Source of the DNA: Eledone cirrhosa
Taxonomy: Eukaryota
DNA length: 64,000 nucleotides
Assembly (NCBI GenBank): GCA_964016885.1
Contig: OZ024758.1
Span: 8,556,001-8,620,000, forward strand
Direction of reading: 5' to 3'
Part shown: piece after piece, positions 45,521-61,015 of the stretch
Layout: the number at the start of each line of letters is the position of its first letter
How positions within the stretch are numbered: the stretch's first letter is position 1
Notes under the pieces: model-generated
What the model saw: the letters and a program-made list of their open reading frames with translations, nothing else
Database searches by the model: none
Told to the model about the DNA's origin: nothing
Position numbers and translations under genes: made by a program

Positions 45521-45697
45521 ATAGGGATTGTTTCTGATTTTTTCATCATCGATATTCGGGTTATTTCTACCTCCAGGTCTTTATAATTGAATAATTTCTC
45601 CCTTTCTCCGATGGAGACATTTTTGATACATCAATTAGAAAACCTTTTTATTTGTGATCTTTGACTATAATAACCAGTCGGTTCGCTTTGGTCCCGC

Positions 45698-45746
<49 letters not shown>

Positions 45747-45889
45747 TTTCTCTTGGCATATCCCAGAATATACTTGTTTCTTTTCTGGTGTATGTTGTAT
45801 GTTTCTACCATCATTTTTCTGTTGGTATGTTGATAATGTTGGCATAACTTCCAGTGCATGTAAATCCCAATTCTATCATGGCTGTTATT

Positions 45890-47015
45890 ATCGTTGTTGT
45901 TATTGTTGCTGTTGCTGTTGATGTTGTTGTTGTTGGTGGTAGTTCTGCTGCTGATGTTTTTGCTGCAGCTGATGATGTTGTTGTTGTTGTTATTGTTGTT
46001 GATGCTGTTGTTGGTGGTAGTTCTGCTGCTGATGTTTTTGCTGCAGCTGATGTTGTTGTTGTTGTTGTTATTGTTGTTGATGCTGTTATTGGTGGTAGTT
46101 CTGCTGCTGATGTTTTTGCTGCAGCTGATGATGTTGTTGTTGTTGTTATTGTTGTTGATGGTAGTTCTGCTGCTGATGTTTTTGCTGCAGCTGATGATGA
46201 TGTTGTTGTTGTTGTTATTGTTGTTGTTGATGTTATTGGTGGTAGTTCTGCTGCTGATGTTTTTTCTGCAGCTGATGAAGTTGTTGTTGTTGTTATTGTT
46301 GTTGATGCTGTTGTTGATGGTAGTTCTGCTGCTGATGTTTTTGCTGCAGCTGATGATGTTGTTGTTGTTATTGTTGTTGGTGCTGATGCTGTTGGTGTTG
46401 TTGTTGTTAGAGTTGTTCTACTTCAGTTGTTTGTTTGTTTTTATTATTATTATTGTTGTTGCTGCTGCTGCTGTTCTTGTTGCTGTTGTTTTTGTTGTAG
46501 ATTTTCTTGTTTTTTGTTCTTCTTGCTGCTGCTACTGTTGTTGGTTTTGTAATAGTTTTTGTTGTTGTTGTTGTTGCTGCAGCTGATGTTGTCGTTGTTA
46601 TTGTTGTTGTTATTGTTCTTGATGCTATTGTTGATGTTGATGTTGCTGTGTTTAGAGTTGTCCTGTTGTTGTTGTTTTTATTATTATTATTGTTGTTGTT
46701 GTTGTTGTTGTTGCTGCTGCATCTGATGTTGTCGTTGTTATTGTTGTTGTTATTGTTCTTGATACTGTTATTGATGTTGCTGTTGTTGTTTTTAGAGTTG
46801 TTCTGTTGTTGTTGTTTTTATTATTATTGTTGTTGTTGCTGTTGATGTTGCTGCTGCAGCTGATGTTGTCGTTGTTATTGTTGTTGTTATTGTTCTTGAT
46901 ACTGCTATTGATGTTGCTGTTGTTGTTTTTAGAGTTGTTCTGTTGTTGTTGTTTTTATTATTATTGTTGTTGTTGTTGATGTTGCTGTTGTTGTTGTTGT
47001 TGTTGTTGTTGTTGT
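45890..47015. repeat. (GTT/GCT/GAT)n tract with a recurring GGTAGTTCTGCTGCTGATGTTTTTGCTGCAGCT block
   Basis: Directly visible. Confidence 0.9.
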
Positions 47016-47474
47016 GCTTCAGTTAAACCTTGATTTCCCGGCTGCTAATTAAGTTTTCACTCACCTTCAACAATCATTGAATTAGAGTGTCGGCAGGTGT
47101 CACTAGCGTCAAGTCAGCCTGCTGCTAATAGGATTGCAATTGCATAATTAACAGTAATACTTCCTTATATACCACCATCGTAGATCACTGATTCCCTGAC
47201 CTAGCATCTCATACCACCCACCCGCCCCGCTATAGATTTCATATATATACATATCCAAAAAAATAAAATCTCCATTCTCTTTCTCTTCCACGTCTTACTA
47301 TCCCCCCCCCCCCCTCCGCTGTGCGTTTCTGTGTTTGTATATTTGTCGGCAGTGTGTATGTATATTTGTATATTGTATGGATGTGTGTATATATATATAT
47401 ATATATATGCAAGTATGTATGTATGTGTGTGCGCATATGTTTGTGTGTATGTTTATCTATATATATACACACAC

Positions 47475-47522
<48 letters not shown>

Positions 47523-47524
47523 TT

Positions 47525-47574
<50 letters not shown>

Positions 47575-47731
47575 TTATACATATATATAGATATTCGCAC
47601 ATAACATACATGTATATATATACATATATATACATATATATATATTCATATATATCCAGCTGTCTATAGCAATCTCACTGCTTCCCTTATTTTTCCCTCC
47701 TTATCTCTATGTCAAAATCTCTCTCCCCCTG

Positions 47732-50697
<2,966 letters not shown>

Positions 50698-50701
<4 letters not shown>

Positions 50702-50873
50702 GAAGGAAGTGTGGTAAGGAACCAGATGGACCATAACGCACCAGAGAACTCAATACTTAGGGTAGTAGAGTGGGTAATAGGAAAATGTTCAAGACCACGA
50801 GACGTTTCGACGGCTATTACTGGAAATAGCCGTCGAAACGGCTCGTGCTCTGCCGTCGGGGTCTTGAACATTT
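50698..50873 (-). mobile_element. Fold-back hammerhead-remnant mini-element, copy 2
   Basis: Shares its tail with 8123-8205. Inverted arms at 50783-50818 and 50825-50873 (left arm has a 13-nt deletion). GAAA CGGC-tcgtgctct-GCCG TC at 50835-50857. Confidence 0.75.
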
Positions 50874-51183
50874 ACATTAAAAGAGTAGATCTGTTTCATT
50901 CGTTTGAAATTATATGATGATTTCAAATGAATGAAATCTCGCTGAATAAAAACTCGTTTTCTAACGATATTTTCTTTCCCAACAGTTTTATGACTGCATG
51001 GAAACAAAGTGAATGTAATTTTATAAGGCATTTTTACCTTTTAGCCCTGGGTCAGTCAGGGCTAATTGAGTAGATGTCTATGTAAGGGAGAAATTTAAGA
51101 TGCATCAGATTATGGCAATAATTCTAACAGTTTATAAACATTACGAAGCAAGGCCTCTAAATTTTAAAATGGATACTTTTGTA

Positions 51184-51366
51184 AATAATTGTTTCTTTTT
51201 GGGGGCACAAGGCCAGCAATTATCTCAGTGCATTACTGGTACTTTGTTTTATCGACCCCGTAAGGATGAAAGGCAAAGTTAACCTCGGCGGGATTTGAAC
51301 TCAGACCGTAAAGGAACTTAACTATGTTGGAAAGCATGGCGTCCGACCCTCTACCTATACCGCCAA
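51184..51366 (-). mobile_element. SINE family A, short form
   Basis: Match to 53486-53682. Confidence 0.9.
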
Positions 51367-52335
51367 CGTTATTATAGAAACCTAAGAATAAATCAAATTG
51401 TGTATATACCTAAAGAGATTTTTATTTTTAAAATACTTTAATGTTAGTTATGAAGTCCTAATAATTTAAAATATTATTAAGATGCGAAGTCAGCTCTTCG
51501 AATAAAAAAAAAAAAATAAGATATCTATAAAATTTATATTTAATTAATATTCTAATTTAATTTGATAAACTGTACAACTTATATACACAATGGAAAATTA
51601 TGGCAATATTAGTAGGAATAAATAATCAGGTTATATCTAACGATACTGAAAAAATAATTTAATTTACCTTAGACCAAGACAGGTATTAATTAAGAAAAAA
51701 AATATTTTTAAACAAGATTAACAACAAGCTGTGTAATTTGAAAGGACATGTGTACAATACTGGTTAAAAGTTTTAACTAGTAATGGACGTGTGAAACTGA
51801 GATAAATGTTCGTATATATTGGTTTTGAAAAACTGTTAATTATGTTTAAGCGAAATTTTACGAATACTAATCCAGCGGTTATGACCTGAACGAATAGATT
51901 TAAAAGTACGTTGACTCTTGTTCAAGAGAATTAAATCTTAGACTAAAATGTAAAAAGACATAAACCAATAACATGTAATGATCAGATAACCTTACTCATT
52001 ACAAAATGTGGTTAATGAAGAATGTATGAGTAAATAAATACGTGTTAAAGTGAGTCTGGAAATCAATATCTTTTGCAGAAAAACAATTCTAAATGTTCAT
52101 GTTTTAGCATGAATGTCCTTAATAAGGTGTATAAAGATGTGAATACTAAACTTACTCGTACAACTTCAAAAGAATGGCATTGTCCCGTAAACAGCATAGA
52201 GCCTGTGACAGCGACTGGTCTGACGTCGAGACAGTTTAGCAAGAACATCTACAACTCACAACTACCAAACTTATCTCTCCGCCCCCCTCTCTCTATCTCT
52301 TTCTTTTTCTCTCTTTTTCTTTCTCTCTTTCTCTC

Positions 52336-52374
<39 letters not shown>

Positions 52375-52511
52375 GTGCGCGCGTGTGTGTGTGTCTGTGT
52401 GTGTGTGTGTGTGTGTGTGTTAAGTTTTCCCGTAGCAAAGGTAAAGGAAAGAAGAGTGCTCTATATATAGCAGAGAGCTATTTAATTACTTAGTAAACAA
52501 CACAATATAGT

Positions 52512-52585
52512 TATTCCATTACTAAAGGTTTCGGGAGACTAGACCATCTTTATAGAAACGTCCAGCTCGTTCATCAGATCAAATA
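52512..52585 (-). ncRNA. Type I hammerhead ribozyme candidate (PLE pseudo-LTR)
   Basis: Stem I TATTTGAT/ATGGAATA (7 of 8 pairs); CTGATGA (52577-52571); long stem II containing CTGGAC/GTCTAG; GAAA; C-cttta-G; GUA triplet. Confidence 0.6.
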
Positions 52586-52597
52586 GTTAGATATTGA

Positions 52598-52688
52598 CCT
52601 GTTACGCGCGTTTCGTAGAGGATTGGCTTAAGGTCACCCATAGGAGTTATGGGCCCGGCTCCACTATCGACCTGCTCTTCAGACTTGG
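52598..52688 (-). ncRNA. Second hammerhead candidate (PLE pseudo-LTR)
   Basis: CTGAAGA (52682-52676); long branched stem II (AGGTC/GACCT, GCCCATA/TATGGGT); GAAA-CGCGCG-TA with palindromic stem III; stem I is weak. Confidence 0.5.
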
Positions 52689-52689
52689 C

Positions 52690-53314
52690 GATGAAATCTT
52701 GATAATGGCCATCAACCGAAAAAAAGATCGAGAAACTTACCACCCAAGGTAGCCCCAAATCTGCATCCAACCACCAACTCCGGGCTGCAATCAAATCTGA
52801 CAGACCCAACCATCGGACAACCAACAATACTACACAAACCTGCCCCACAGAGCAGTAAGACATCCGTTCCCCCATCAATCGGAATGCAACTTTAGATCCC
52901 GTACGGAGTCTCCGCTATGAAACAACTGTTTGGACTCCGAAATCCTGTACAGATGCACCATTCATGCGGAAAACAACAGAAAATACGTTTACATAGGTGC
53001 AACCGGCAATGATTTTAAATCCCGTTTCTACAACCACGCCTACTCCTTCAGACATCGGCATAAAAGATCGCAAACCAGTCTGTCCGAGCATGTATGGCGA
53101 CTTGAAGACGGTAACAGCAACTTTAGAACGGAATTGGCCGTCATAAGACGTGCGTCGCCGCTCCACTTAGGAAGTCGAACACTGCAGGTTGTGCCTTTCA
53201 AAATCAGTTGACATAATAAAACTGAAAGAAAACGGAACCAAATTGAGGTCCGACATCGTGATGAACTGTTTACACCAACGTTCAGACGTACAGAACCTAA
53301 GGAATACCACGTAA
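52690..53314 (+). pseudogene. Decayed GIY-YIG endonuclease of a Penelope-like element (Cys-rich linker, Neptune/Nematis-like)
   Basis: MKS-LIMAINRKK linker; CNFRSRTESPL*NNCL (~CNCR..CPLG..CL); ILYRC..YVYIGATGNDFKSRFYNHAYSF..TSLSEHVWRL; after a frameshift, CRLCLSK...LRSDIVMNCLH. Confidence 0.85.
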
Positions 53315-53485
53315 TACATCACATCCAGACATCTAGATATAATACATACACAAGCGATACGACTCTTATAGGAACAATTTTCATCTACTTTATATGTATA
53401 ACTCTTTATCTACTTTATATGTATAACTCTTTATACATATTTCTACACCACCTCCTACTGTTATTATTATTTTTGCTATATATTT

Positions 53486-53682
53486 GAGGGCGGTGGATTG
53501 GCAGTATCGGTAGAGGGTCGGACGCCATGCTTTGCAGCATTGAGTTACGCTGCTTTGCTGTTTGAGTTCAAATCCCGCCGAGGTTAACTTTGCTTTTCAT
53601 CCTTACGGGGTCGATAAAATAAAGTACCAGTAATGCACTGGAGTAATTGCTGGCCTTGTGCCAAAAGTAGAAACAATTATTA
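53486..53682 (+). mobile_element. SINE family A, full-length short form (reference copy)
   Basis: A box TGGCAGTATCGG, B box GAGTTCAAATCCC, tttcatccttacggggtcgataaaataaagtacc domain, ATT tail. Confidence 0.9.
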
Positions 53683-53749
53683 GTAAAAGGTTTTGCGAAT
53701 ATATCATTTTTGATTCCATATATCTTATCTATCGTGCTTAGGTGAGACA

Positions 53750-54435
53750 GAAAGCACAACTTCTTGCCAACAGTCTCTGTTTCCCAACAAGGTTTGTAGG
53801 TCATCCTTGTCAATTCCATTGTCTCTTGCTATGATACTCTGGTATCTGAGATTTCTGGTAGAGGAGATCTCCCACAACAAGAGGTCTGAAATCATCTCAT
53901 CTTTTACCCGGAAGCAGTAACCAACAAACCTTGTACGACGTTCAATCAGTCATACACTTACTTTGGAGACTTTTCCATATATCTTATTAAGCATGGGATG
54001 GGTCTGCCAAGCAATATTTTGAGCCTTTTTCAGAAGTGTAGTGTAACATCCATGTAAATTCCATTCTCTATTAAAAGGTGTGCTGGTTCACTTTAAACCT
54101 CATATTTAGCGCGACAGCAAAATATCTGTTCTAGTTTCTAGAAGTGTATCCATGTGGATAAAATCTCCTTTGAATTAATTAAGTTAAACCTATTTATGAA
54201 ATGGTGATATGTTCAGTATTAACCGTGATGTTGAGGAAGCCATTATTTTTGCTCTCAGAGTTTCCAGAGGAGACGACACAAAGAAGTTCAAATGTTTTGT
54301 AAATCTTACCTTAAAATGTGGTGTAAAGGAGGTCTATAGACCACAGCCTTCGAGACGCAGATACCTTGTAATGTATTCGATAAGACAATACGAGGAGATA
54401 TCAAGTGTCATTCTCTCCCCAAAGAACCCACTCTG
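53750..54435 (-). pseudogene. Decayed RTE-X-like LINE, RT and downstream region
   Basis: LHGCYTTLLKKAQNIAWQTHP..KIYG..KVS..IERRTRFVGYCFR..EMISDLLLW...Y...IARDNG...LQTLLGNRDCW; a degenerate GVLxG-like RT motif lies near 54410-54430. Confidence 0.75.
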
Positions 54436-54779
54436 CGTTAAGCATACTCTATTACTAAGAATAGAGCATAAGCTCAGATTTTTAATAAAGTAGAACGCTT
54501 CTATGGTTCTAAAGGCATCAGGTATTATTAGAGTTAATCAGACTAACAAGCAAAGAAAACAACAAGAAAGACTGCTACGAAACTCGTTGTGTACTTTTTT
54601 ATTCTTTTACGTGTTCCACCAGAATTTTTTAATTCTATTAACTACTCTTGAAATATTTCTGGTTAAATTTATATTGCTGATAAAACGTTTATTATATTCT
54701 TACTAACACCAAAAGTTATTTAAATTATAATTTTTCAATAGCCACAATTCGTTGTCTAGCTCAGTATCATAAACATAAC

Positions 54780-54893
54780 ATAATTGTTTCTGCTTTTGGC
54801 TCAAGGACAGCAATTACCCAGAATGGCAAGGGTCGTAACTCTATGCTGGAAAGCATGGTGTCCGACCCTCTACCGATACTGCCAGTCCACCCA
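54780..54893 (-). mobile_element. SINE family A with internal deletion (head joined to tail)
   Basis: Head and tail are present; B box and body are missing. Confidence 0.75.
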
Positions 54894-55487
54894 TAATGAA
54901 ATGGTGTTATGAATGAAATGATGTTATGAAGAAGATTTATAAATTTAAGCATCAAAATAGAAATAAGAAATTTTATAAAACACGGAATGTTCATGGATCC
55001 CAAGTTATAATTATAGTAATAATTCCCACTTTCGGTTTCAGCTTCCAAGAGAAATGAAGTGGAGGGGGGGGGGGGGGGTTATTAAATAATATGATAAAAA
55101 TGGAGAAGTGACTGCCAGAATTAATAAATCCATATCGAAGTGAATAAAGATTTAGCAAAGTCCATGTTAAACTGAATAACGTTGTTAAACGACTCTGATA
55201 TTCCAGAATGTTTCTATTCTGTGTCGGGATTTATTGATTTGGGACTAAAACTTTAAAAACTATGCATTATATCTAATTGAAGAAATTCAATTTACTCGAC
55301 GTCTACTGTTGGCTCTAAATGGTGATGATGGTGGGGCATCTCTTTACCATTTCCTTCATCTTTTCTATTCACAATTAATTAACCTACAACACCGTAAGCG
55401 CACACTGCCGTCGCCACCCCATCACCATAACCACGATTAATGCCTCTGCTTAAACACCTCAACCACCGAAACCATTAAATCCCATTA

Positions 55488-56015
55488 TGGTTAACCCTTT
55501 CACCACCTCTAAATCTCCATACGGTTAACCCTTTCACACCCCTAAATCTCCATACGGCTAACCCTTTCACCACCTCTAAATCTCCATACGGCTAACCCTT
55601 TCACCACCTCTAAATCTCCATACGGCTAACCCTTTCACCACCTCTAAATCTCCATACGGCTAACCCTTTCACCACCTCTAAATCTCCATACGGTTAACCC
55701 TTTCACCACCTCTAAATCTCCATACAGTTAACCCTTTCACCACCCCTAAATCTCCATACGGCTAACCCTTTCACCTCCCCTAAATCTCCATACGGCTAAC
55801 CCTTTCACCTCCCCTAAATCTCCATACGGCTAACCCTTTCACCTCCCCTAAATCTCCATACAGTTAACCCTTTCACCTCCCCTAAATCTCCATACGGCTA
55901 ACCCTTTCACCTCCCCTAAATCTCCATACGATTAACCCTTTCGCTTCCCCTAAATCTCCTTACGGCTAACCCTTTCACCACCCCTAAATCTCTATACCAC
56001 TAACCATCTCGCCAC
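55488..56015 (+). repeat. Minisatellite, 34-bp unit GGCTAACCCTTTCACCACCTCTAAATCTCCATAC, about 15 copies
   Basis: Directly visible. Confidence 0.95.
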
Positions 56016-56126
56016 CCCTTGATTATATGTTTAATCCTACCTTCACTATTAAAGGTTTAATTGGCTAAGCGTTTTCATGACTCCAAGGTCGATAAAATAA
56101 GTACCAGTCATGAATTGAGGTCGATC

Positions 56127-56161
<35 letters not shown>

Positions 56162-56261
56162 CCCCTCTTTCTCTCTCCCTACCTCTCTCTTTCTTTAAGA
56201 GAAATCGTTTGTGTCCAGGCCTGATGTGAGATTAAGTTCCGCCAGGTTTTAAAAGTACCCA

Positions 56262-56370
56262 AACGTTGCTCTAGTATACTCAGCTGAAAATGAGTACCAG
56301 CAATAGCTGGGGGTTTAACCCTGTGATGGGCTGGCGTATTGTCCAGGGGATAATCTTGTACTCTCAGTCC
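56262..56370 (-). mobile_element. SINE family B, internal fragment
   Basis: Matches 6836-6955 in inverted orientation: the plus strand carries the sense body cgttgctctagtatactcagctgaaaatgagtacc, as at 59397. Strand label is nominal. Confidence 0.6.
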
Positions 56371-56439
56371 CACCATACCACTGCTAACAAGTCACCTCTC
56401 CTACACATATCCCATCATCATTGACAACTAAACACTATC

Positions 56440-57080
56440 ACCTATACCACCACTACCACCAATACCACCACCACACCACCACCAACACCACCAACACCAC
56501 CACAACCACTAGCATCACCACCACCAGCGTCACCACCACCACCACCACTACACAACCATCACCAACACCACCACTACACAACCATCACCAACAACACCAC
56601 CACCATCACCAACACCACCACCACCACTACACTACCGTCACCAACACCACCACCACCACCACCACTAGCATCACCACCATCACCACCACCACCACCACCA
56701 CCACCACCACCACCACCACCACCGCCACCACCGCTACCACCACCGCCACCGCCACCACCGCCACCACCACCACCACCACCACCACCACCACCACCGCCAC
56801 CACCCCCACCACCACCACTACAACCACCACCACCACCACCGCCACCACCGCCACCACCACCGCCACCACCACCACCACCACCACCACCGCCACCACCACC
56901 ATCACCACCACCACCACCATCACCACCAGTACCACCATCACCACCACCACCACCACCACTAGCATCACCACCAGTACCACCACCACCACCACCACCACCA
57001 CCGCCACCACCACCACCACCACCACCACCACCACCACCACCACCACCACCACCACCACCACCACCACCACCACCACCACC
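56440..57080. repeat. (ACC)n tract
   Basis: Directly visible. Confidence 0.9.
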
Positions 57081-57393
57081 AGGAGTTCACATGCACCTCA
57101 CTAACTTAAGATCTTAATCACAGATCAGAAAATGAATTGTAACGTAATTAGAGACATACCTACATGTGTGTGTGTGCGGGAGTGTGTGTCACAGTGTTTG
57201 TGTTAATGTGTTTGTGACTGTGTGTGCGTTTGTGTGTATGTTTGTGTGTGTGTGTGTGTGTCTGTGTTTTTGTTTATGTGTGTATTTTCGTGTGCACGTG
57301 TCTATGTGTGTACGCGTGTTTGTGTTTACAGAAATGATGATAGGATATATATACATACATACATGTATGTATGTATGTATGTATGTATGTATG

Positions 57394-57425
<32 letters not shown>

Positions 57426-57463
57426 TGTATGTATGTATGTATGTACGTATATATGTATGTATG

Positions 57464-57494
<31 letters not shown>

Positions 57495-57640
57495 ATATGT
57501 ATGTATATATGGATGGATGTGTGTATGTATGTATGCGTGCGGTGATATATGTATATATATATATATATATACACATCTTTCTAATTATAAATTTGCGAAA
57601 ACACACTCACACAAACATATATATATATACGTGAGTGTGT

Positions 57641-57719
<79 letters not shown>

Positions 57720-57889
57720 CGCGTGTGTGTGTGTGTGTGTCTATGTGTATGTGAGCGCGCGTGTGTATGTGTGTGTCTATGTGTATGTGTGAGCGCGCGT
57801 GTGTATGTGTGTGTGTGTGTGTGTGTGTGTCTATGTGTATGTGTGAGCGCGCGTGTGTGTGTGTCTATGTGTGTCTATGTGTATGTGTG

Positions 57890-57923
<34 letters not shown>

Positions 57924-58146
57924 GTAGTCTGGAATTGTAGAAGGAATTGTGGTAAAATGTACATGTGTAAGTGTGAGTGTTTAAATGTGTGTGTGTATAA
58001 TATACACGGTATATTGTAATGGTGGGAAATAGAGTGTTTAGACTAGAGTGAGCGTGTGCGCGCGGTTGTATGTGTGTGTGTGTGTGTATGTCGGTGTGTG
58101 TATGTATATATGTATGTATATAAATATATATATGTGTGTGTATGTG

Positions 58147-58177
<31 letters not shown>

Positions 58178-58260
58178 GTATATGTATATATAAATATATA
58201 TATATATACGTATGTGTGTGTATATGTATGTATATATAAATTTATATATGTATGTGTGTG

Positions 58261-58292
<32 letters not shown>

Positions 58293-58360
58293 TATATATA
58301 TAAATATATATATATGTGTGTGTATATGTATATATATATGTGTGTGTGTCTCTAAGTATA

Positions 58361-58410
<50 letters not shown>

Positions 58411-58452
58411 TATATATATATATATATGTGTGTATGTGTGTGTGTGCGTGTG

Positions 58453-58513
<61 letters not shown>

Positions 58514-58653
58514 GTTTGTGTATTGGTGTGAGTGAGTTAGCATTGAGGTGACACTGTCATTGTAATTCAATGAAATTCTCAGCAATGTGTTATGTTTGAT
58601 GATACATCTGGAACCATCTAGTGCTAACTACTTCGTCAGTTCAATCCTCACCT

Positions 58654-58684
<31 letters not shown>

Positions 58685-59396
58685 GCTTCTCTATCTTCAA
58701 TCTCTCTCTTCCTTCTTCTTCTTCTCCTTCCACTAATTCTCTCTTCTATTTCTCTTTTCTCTCTTCCTATAATCTACTATCTCTCTTATCTCTCTCTCCC
58801 TTTCACTCCGTCCAATGGCGGTTATAAAAATGGCACCGGATAAAACCGTACTAAGCGATCATAGATTTATTCAGCCGCCAATTCTGCCCACTTTCACTAA
58901 AGAATTGCCACTTCTGTTCAGCCATCTTCGATTCAAGATATAATTTTACAGAAACCGTGAAAGATACCAAAACATTTTTCAATAAACTATTATCACCTTG
59001 ACCTGGTTGGTCGATTTTATTTCTTTATTTATTCATTCATTTATATGTTCGTTTATTTTTAAATATAATTTTAAGTGGGAAGACCGCTGTCGCATTGTCA
59101 AATAATGGAGCTCTTTGGTGTGGCCCGGGTAGATGAGTAAGTGTGAGAGTGATTGGAAAATTAAGTGTCTGAAAATATGAAATTCCAATCATTCTCGATA
59201 AATGGCTAACGACTTGAAACCAAGGAGTAAAAACTATCGAAAAATACGTGTTTATACTATTGATGTAAACATGGCCTGTTTGGTAGTGCACTGGACTTTA
59301 GATCTGTGGAGGAAGGTTCAATTCTGATTGCAGCATCTATCATTGCATCATTTCTTTCGAAAGGGAGACAAATACGAGTATGTTAAATAGTAAATG

Positions 59397-59688
59397 TGTG
59401 GAGATGGGTGGCTTAGGGGTAATGGTGTTGGACTTACGATTATAATGATGTGGGTTTGATTCCTGGACTGGGTTTTGCATTGTGTTCTTGAGCGAAACAC
59501 TTCATTCAAGTGACTCCAGTATACTCAACTGAAAATTAGTACCTGCAATAGCTTGGGGGATTAACCCTGCGATGGACTGGCTTCCTTTCCATGGTGGAGT
59601 CTTGTACTGTCAGTTGCTTAACGCCACAGAAACCGTGATAAACACTGGTTTGATGAACCTCCTGGCTTCAGACAGACTTTACACTTTA
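59397..59688 (+). mobile_element. SINE family B, near full length, diverged
   Basis: Collinear with the reverse complement of 6768-7058 from head to cagacagactttacacttt. Confidence 0.85.
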
Positions 59689-59904
59689 GAAATAGTGAGT
59701 TTAGATTCCAGTTGTTTTTGGACCCATCTTATGCCTGATTGAGTGAATCTATGACCAACGACATTCCAGTCGTGATCATCCTATTTATTCCAGTACTCCT
59801 TGCTGCCAGAAACACATTATCCAACACATTTCCTATGATTGTTGTAAATGATTTGAAGATTTGGCTTATATTTCCAGATAGTGACCACATATCTACTCCC
59901 TCGT

Positions 59905-60660
59905 TGGCTAGTAGATATATGACCCTATGTCTACTAGATATATGACCCTATGGCTAGTAGATATATGACCCTATAGCTAGTAGATATATGACCGTATGGC
60001 TAGTAGATATATGACCCTATGTCTACTCGATATATGACTCTATGTCTACTAGATATATGACCCTATGGCTAGTAGATATATGACCCTATGGCTAGTAGAT
60101 ATATGACCCTATGTCTACTAGATATATGACACTATGTCTACTAGATATATAACCCTATGTCTAGTAGATATATGACCCTATGTCTACTCGATATATGACT
60201 CTATGTCTACTAGATATATGACCCTATGGCTATTAGATGTATGACCCTATGTCTACTGAATATATGACCCTATAGCTATTAGATATATGACCCGATGTCT
60301 ACTAGATATATGACCCTATGACTAGTAGATATATGACCCTATGGCTAGTAGATATATGACCCTATGTCAACTAGATATATGACCCTATAGCTAGTAGATA
60401 TATGACCCTATGGCTAGTAGATATATGACCCTATGTCAACTAGATATATGACCCTATAGCTAGTAGATATATGACCCTATGGCTAGTAGATATATGACCC
60501 TATGTCAACTAGATATATGACCCTATAGCTAGTAGATATATGACCCTATGGCTAGTAGATATATGACCCTATGTCTACTAGATATATGACCCTATAGCTA
60601 GTAGATATATGACCCTATGGTTAGTAGATATATGACCCTATGTCTACTAGATATATGACC
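59905..60660 (+). repeat. Minisatellite, 23-bp unit in two variants (GGCTAGTAG- or GTCTACTAG-ATATATGACCCTAT), about 33 copies
   Basis: Directly visible. Confidence 0.95.
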
Positions 60661-60690
60661 CAGTCTTGATACCACTTCCAGCCCAGCTGT

Positions 60691-60736
<46 letters not shown>

Positions 60737-60869
60737 ACACACACACATAACTAAAAGATATAAACACAAACGCTCATAGGATTGAACGAAGGGGTTACAA
60801 GGTGGCACATAGGGATTAAGATTGGGTAGATGGAGACAGTCTGGAAGCCAGTCGGATGGCCTTTCCTTA

Positions 60870-61015
60870 TAATTCAAATGGTCAACTTTGTCACATACTG
60901 CGTCACACCAAGTGTACACGTGTCTGTAGAATGCCCGGGCACTTGCACATATATTTCAGGAGCAGGCTGTTCCGTTCATAGAACAACTAGAATATTCATC
61001 GTCGAAACCAAGTGA
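60870..61015 (+). mobile_element. Diverged SINE 3' portion
   Basis: gtacacgtgtctgtagaatg...cacttgcac...gagcaggctgttccgtt resembles an octopus SINE tail as recalled; single copy in this window. Confidence 0.45.

Larger units (their letters stand above)
52421..53460 (+). mobile_element. Penelope-like retroelement: 5'-truncated ORF with an inverted, hammerhead-bearing pseudo-LTR
   Basis: GIY-YIG remnant on the plus strand, directly preceded by a minus-strand segment (52421-52688) that carries two HHR cores and abuts (GT)n. Confidence 0.75.

Noticed and set aside
52918-52920. In-frame TGA in the PLE Cys-rich linker as possible selenocysteine
   Set aside because: It aligns to a non-Cys position (usually Gly or variable), and the ORF has other lesions, so an ordinary nonsense mutation is more likely.
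53486-53580. tRNA genes at A/B-box pairs
   Set aside because: No cloverleaf; they are heads of multi-copy SINEs.
55488-56015. Telomere-like TAACCC/CCCTAA motifs
   Set aside because: Single hexamers inside a 34-bp unit, not tandem TTAGGG.
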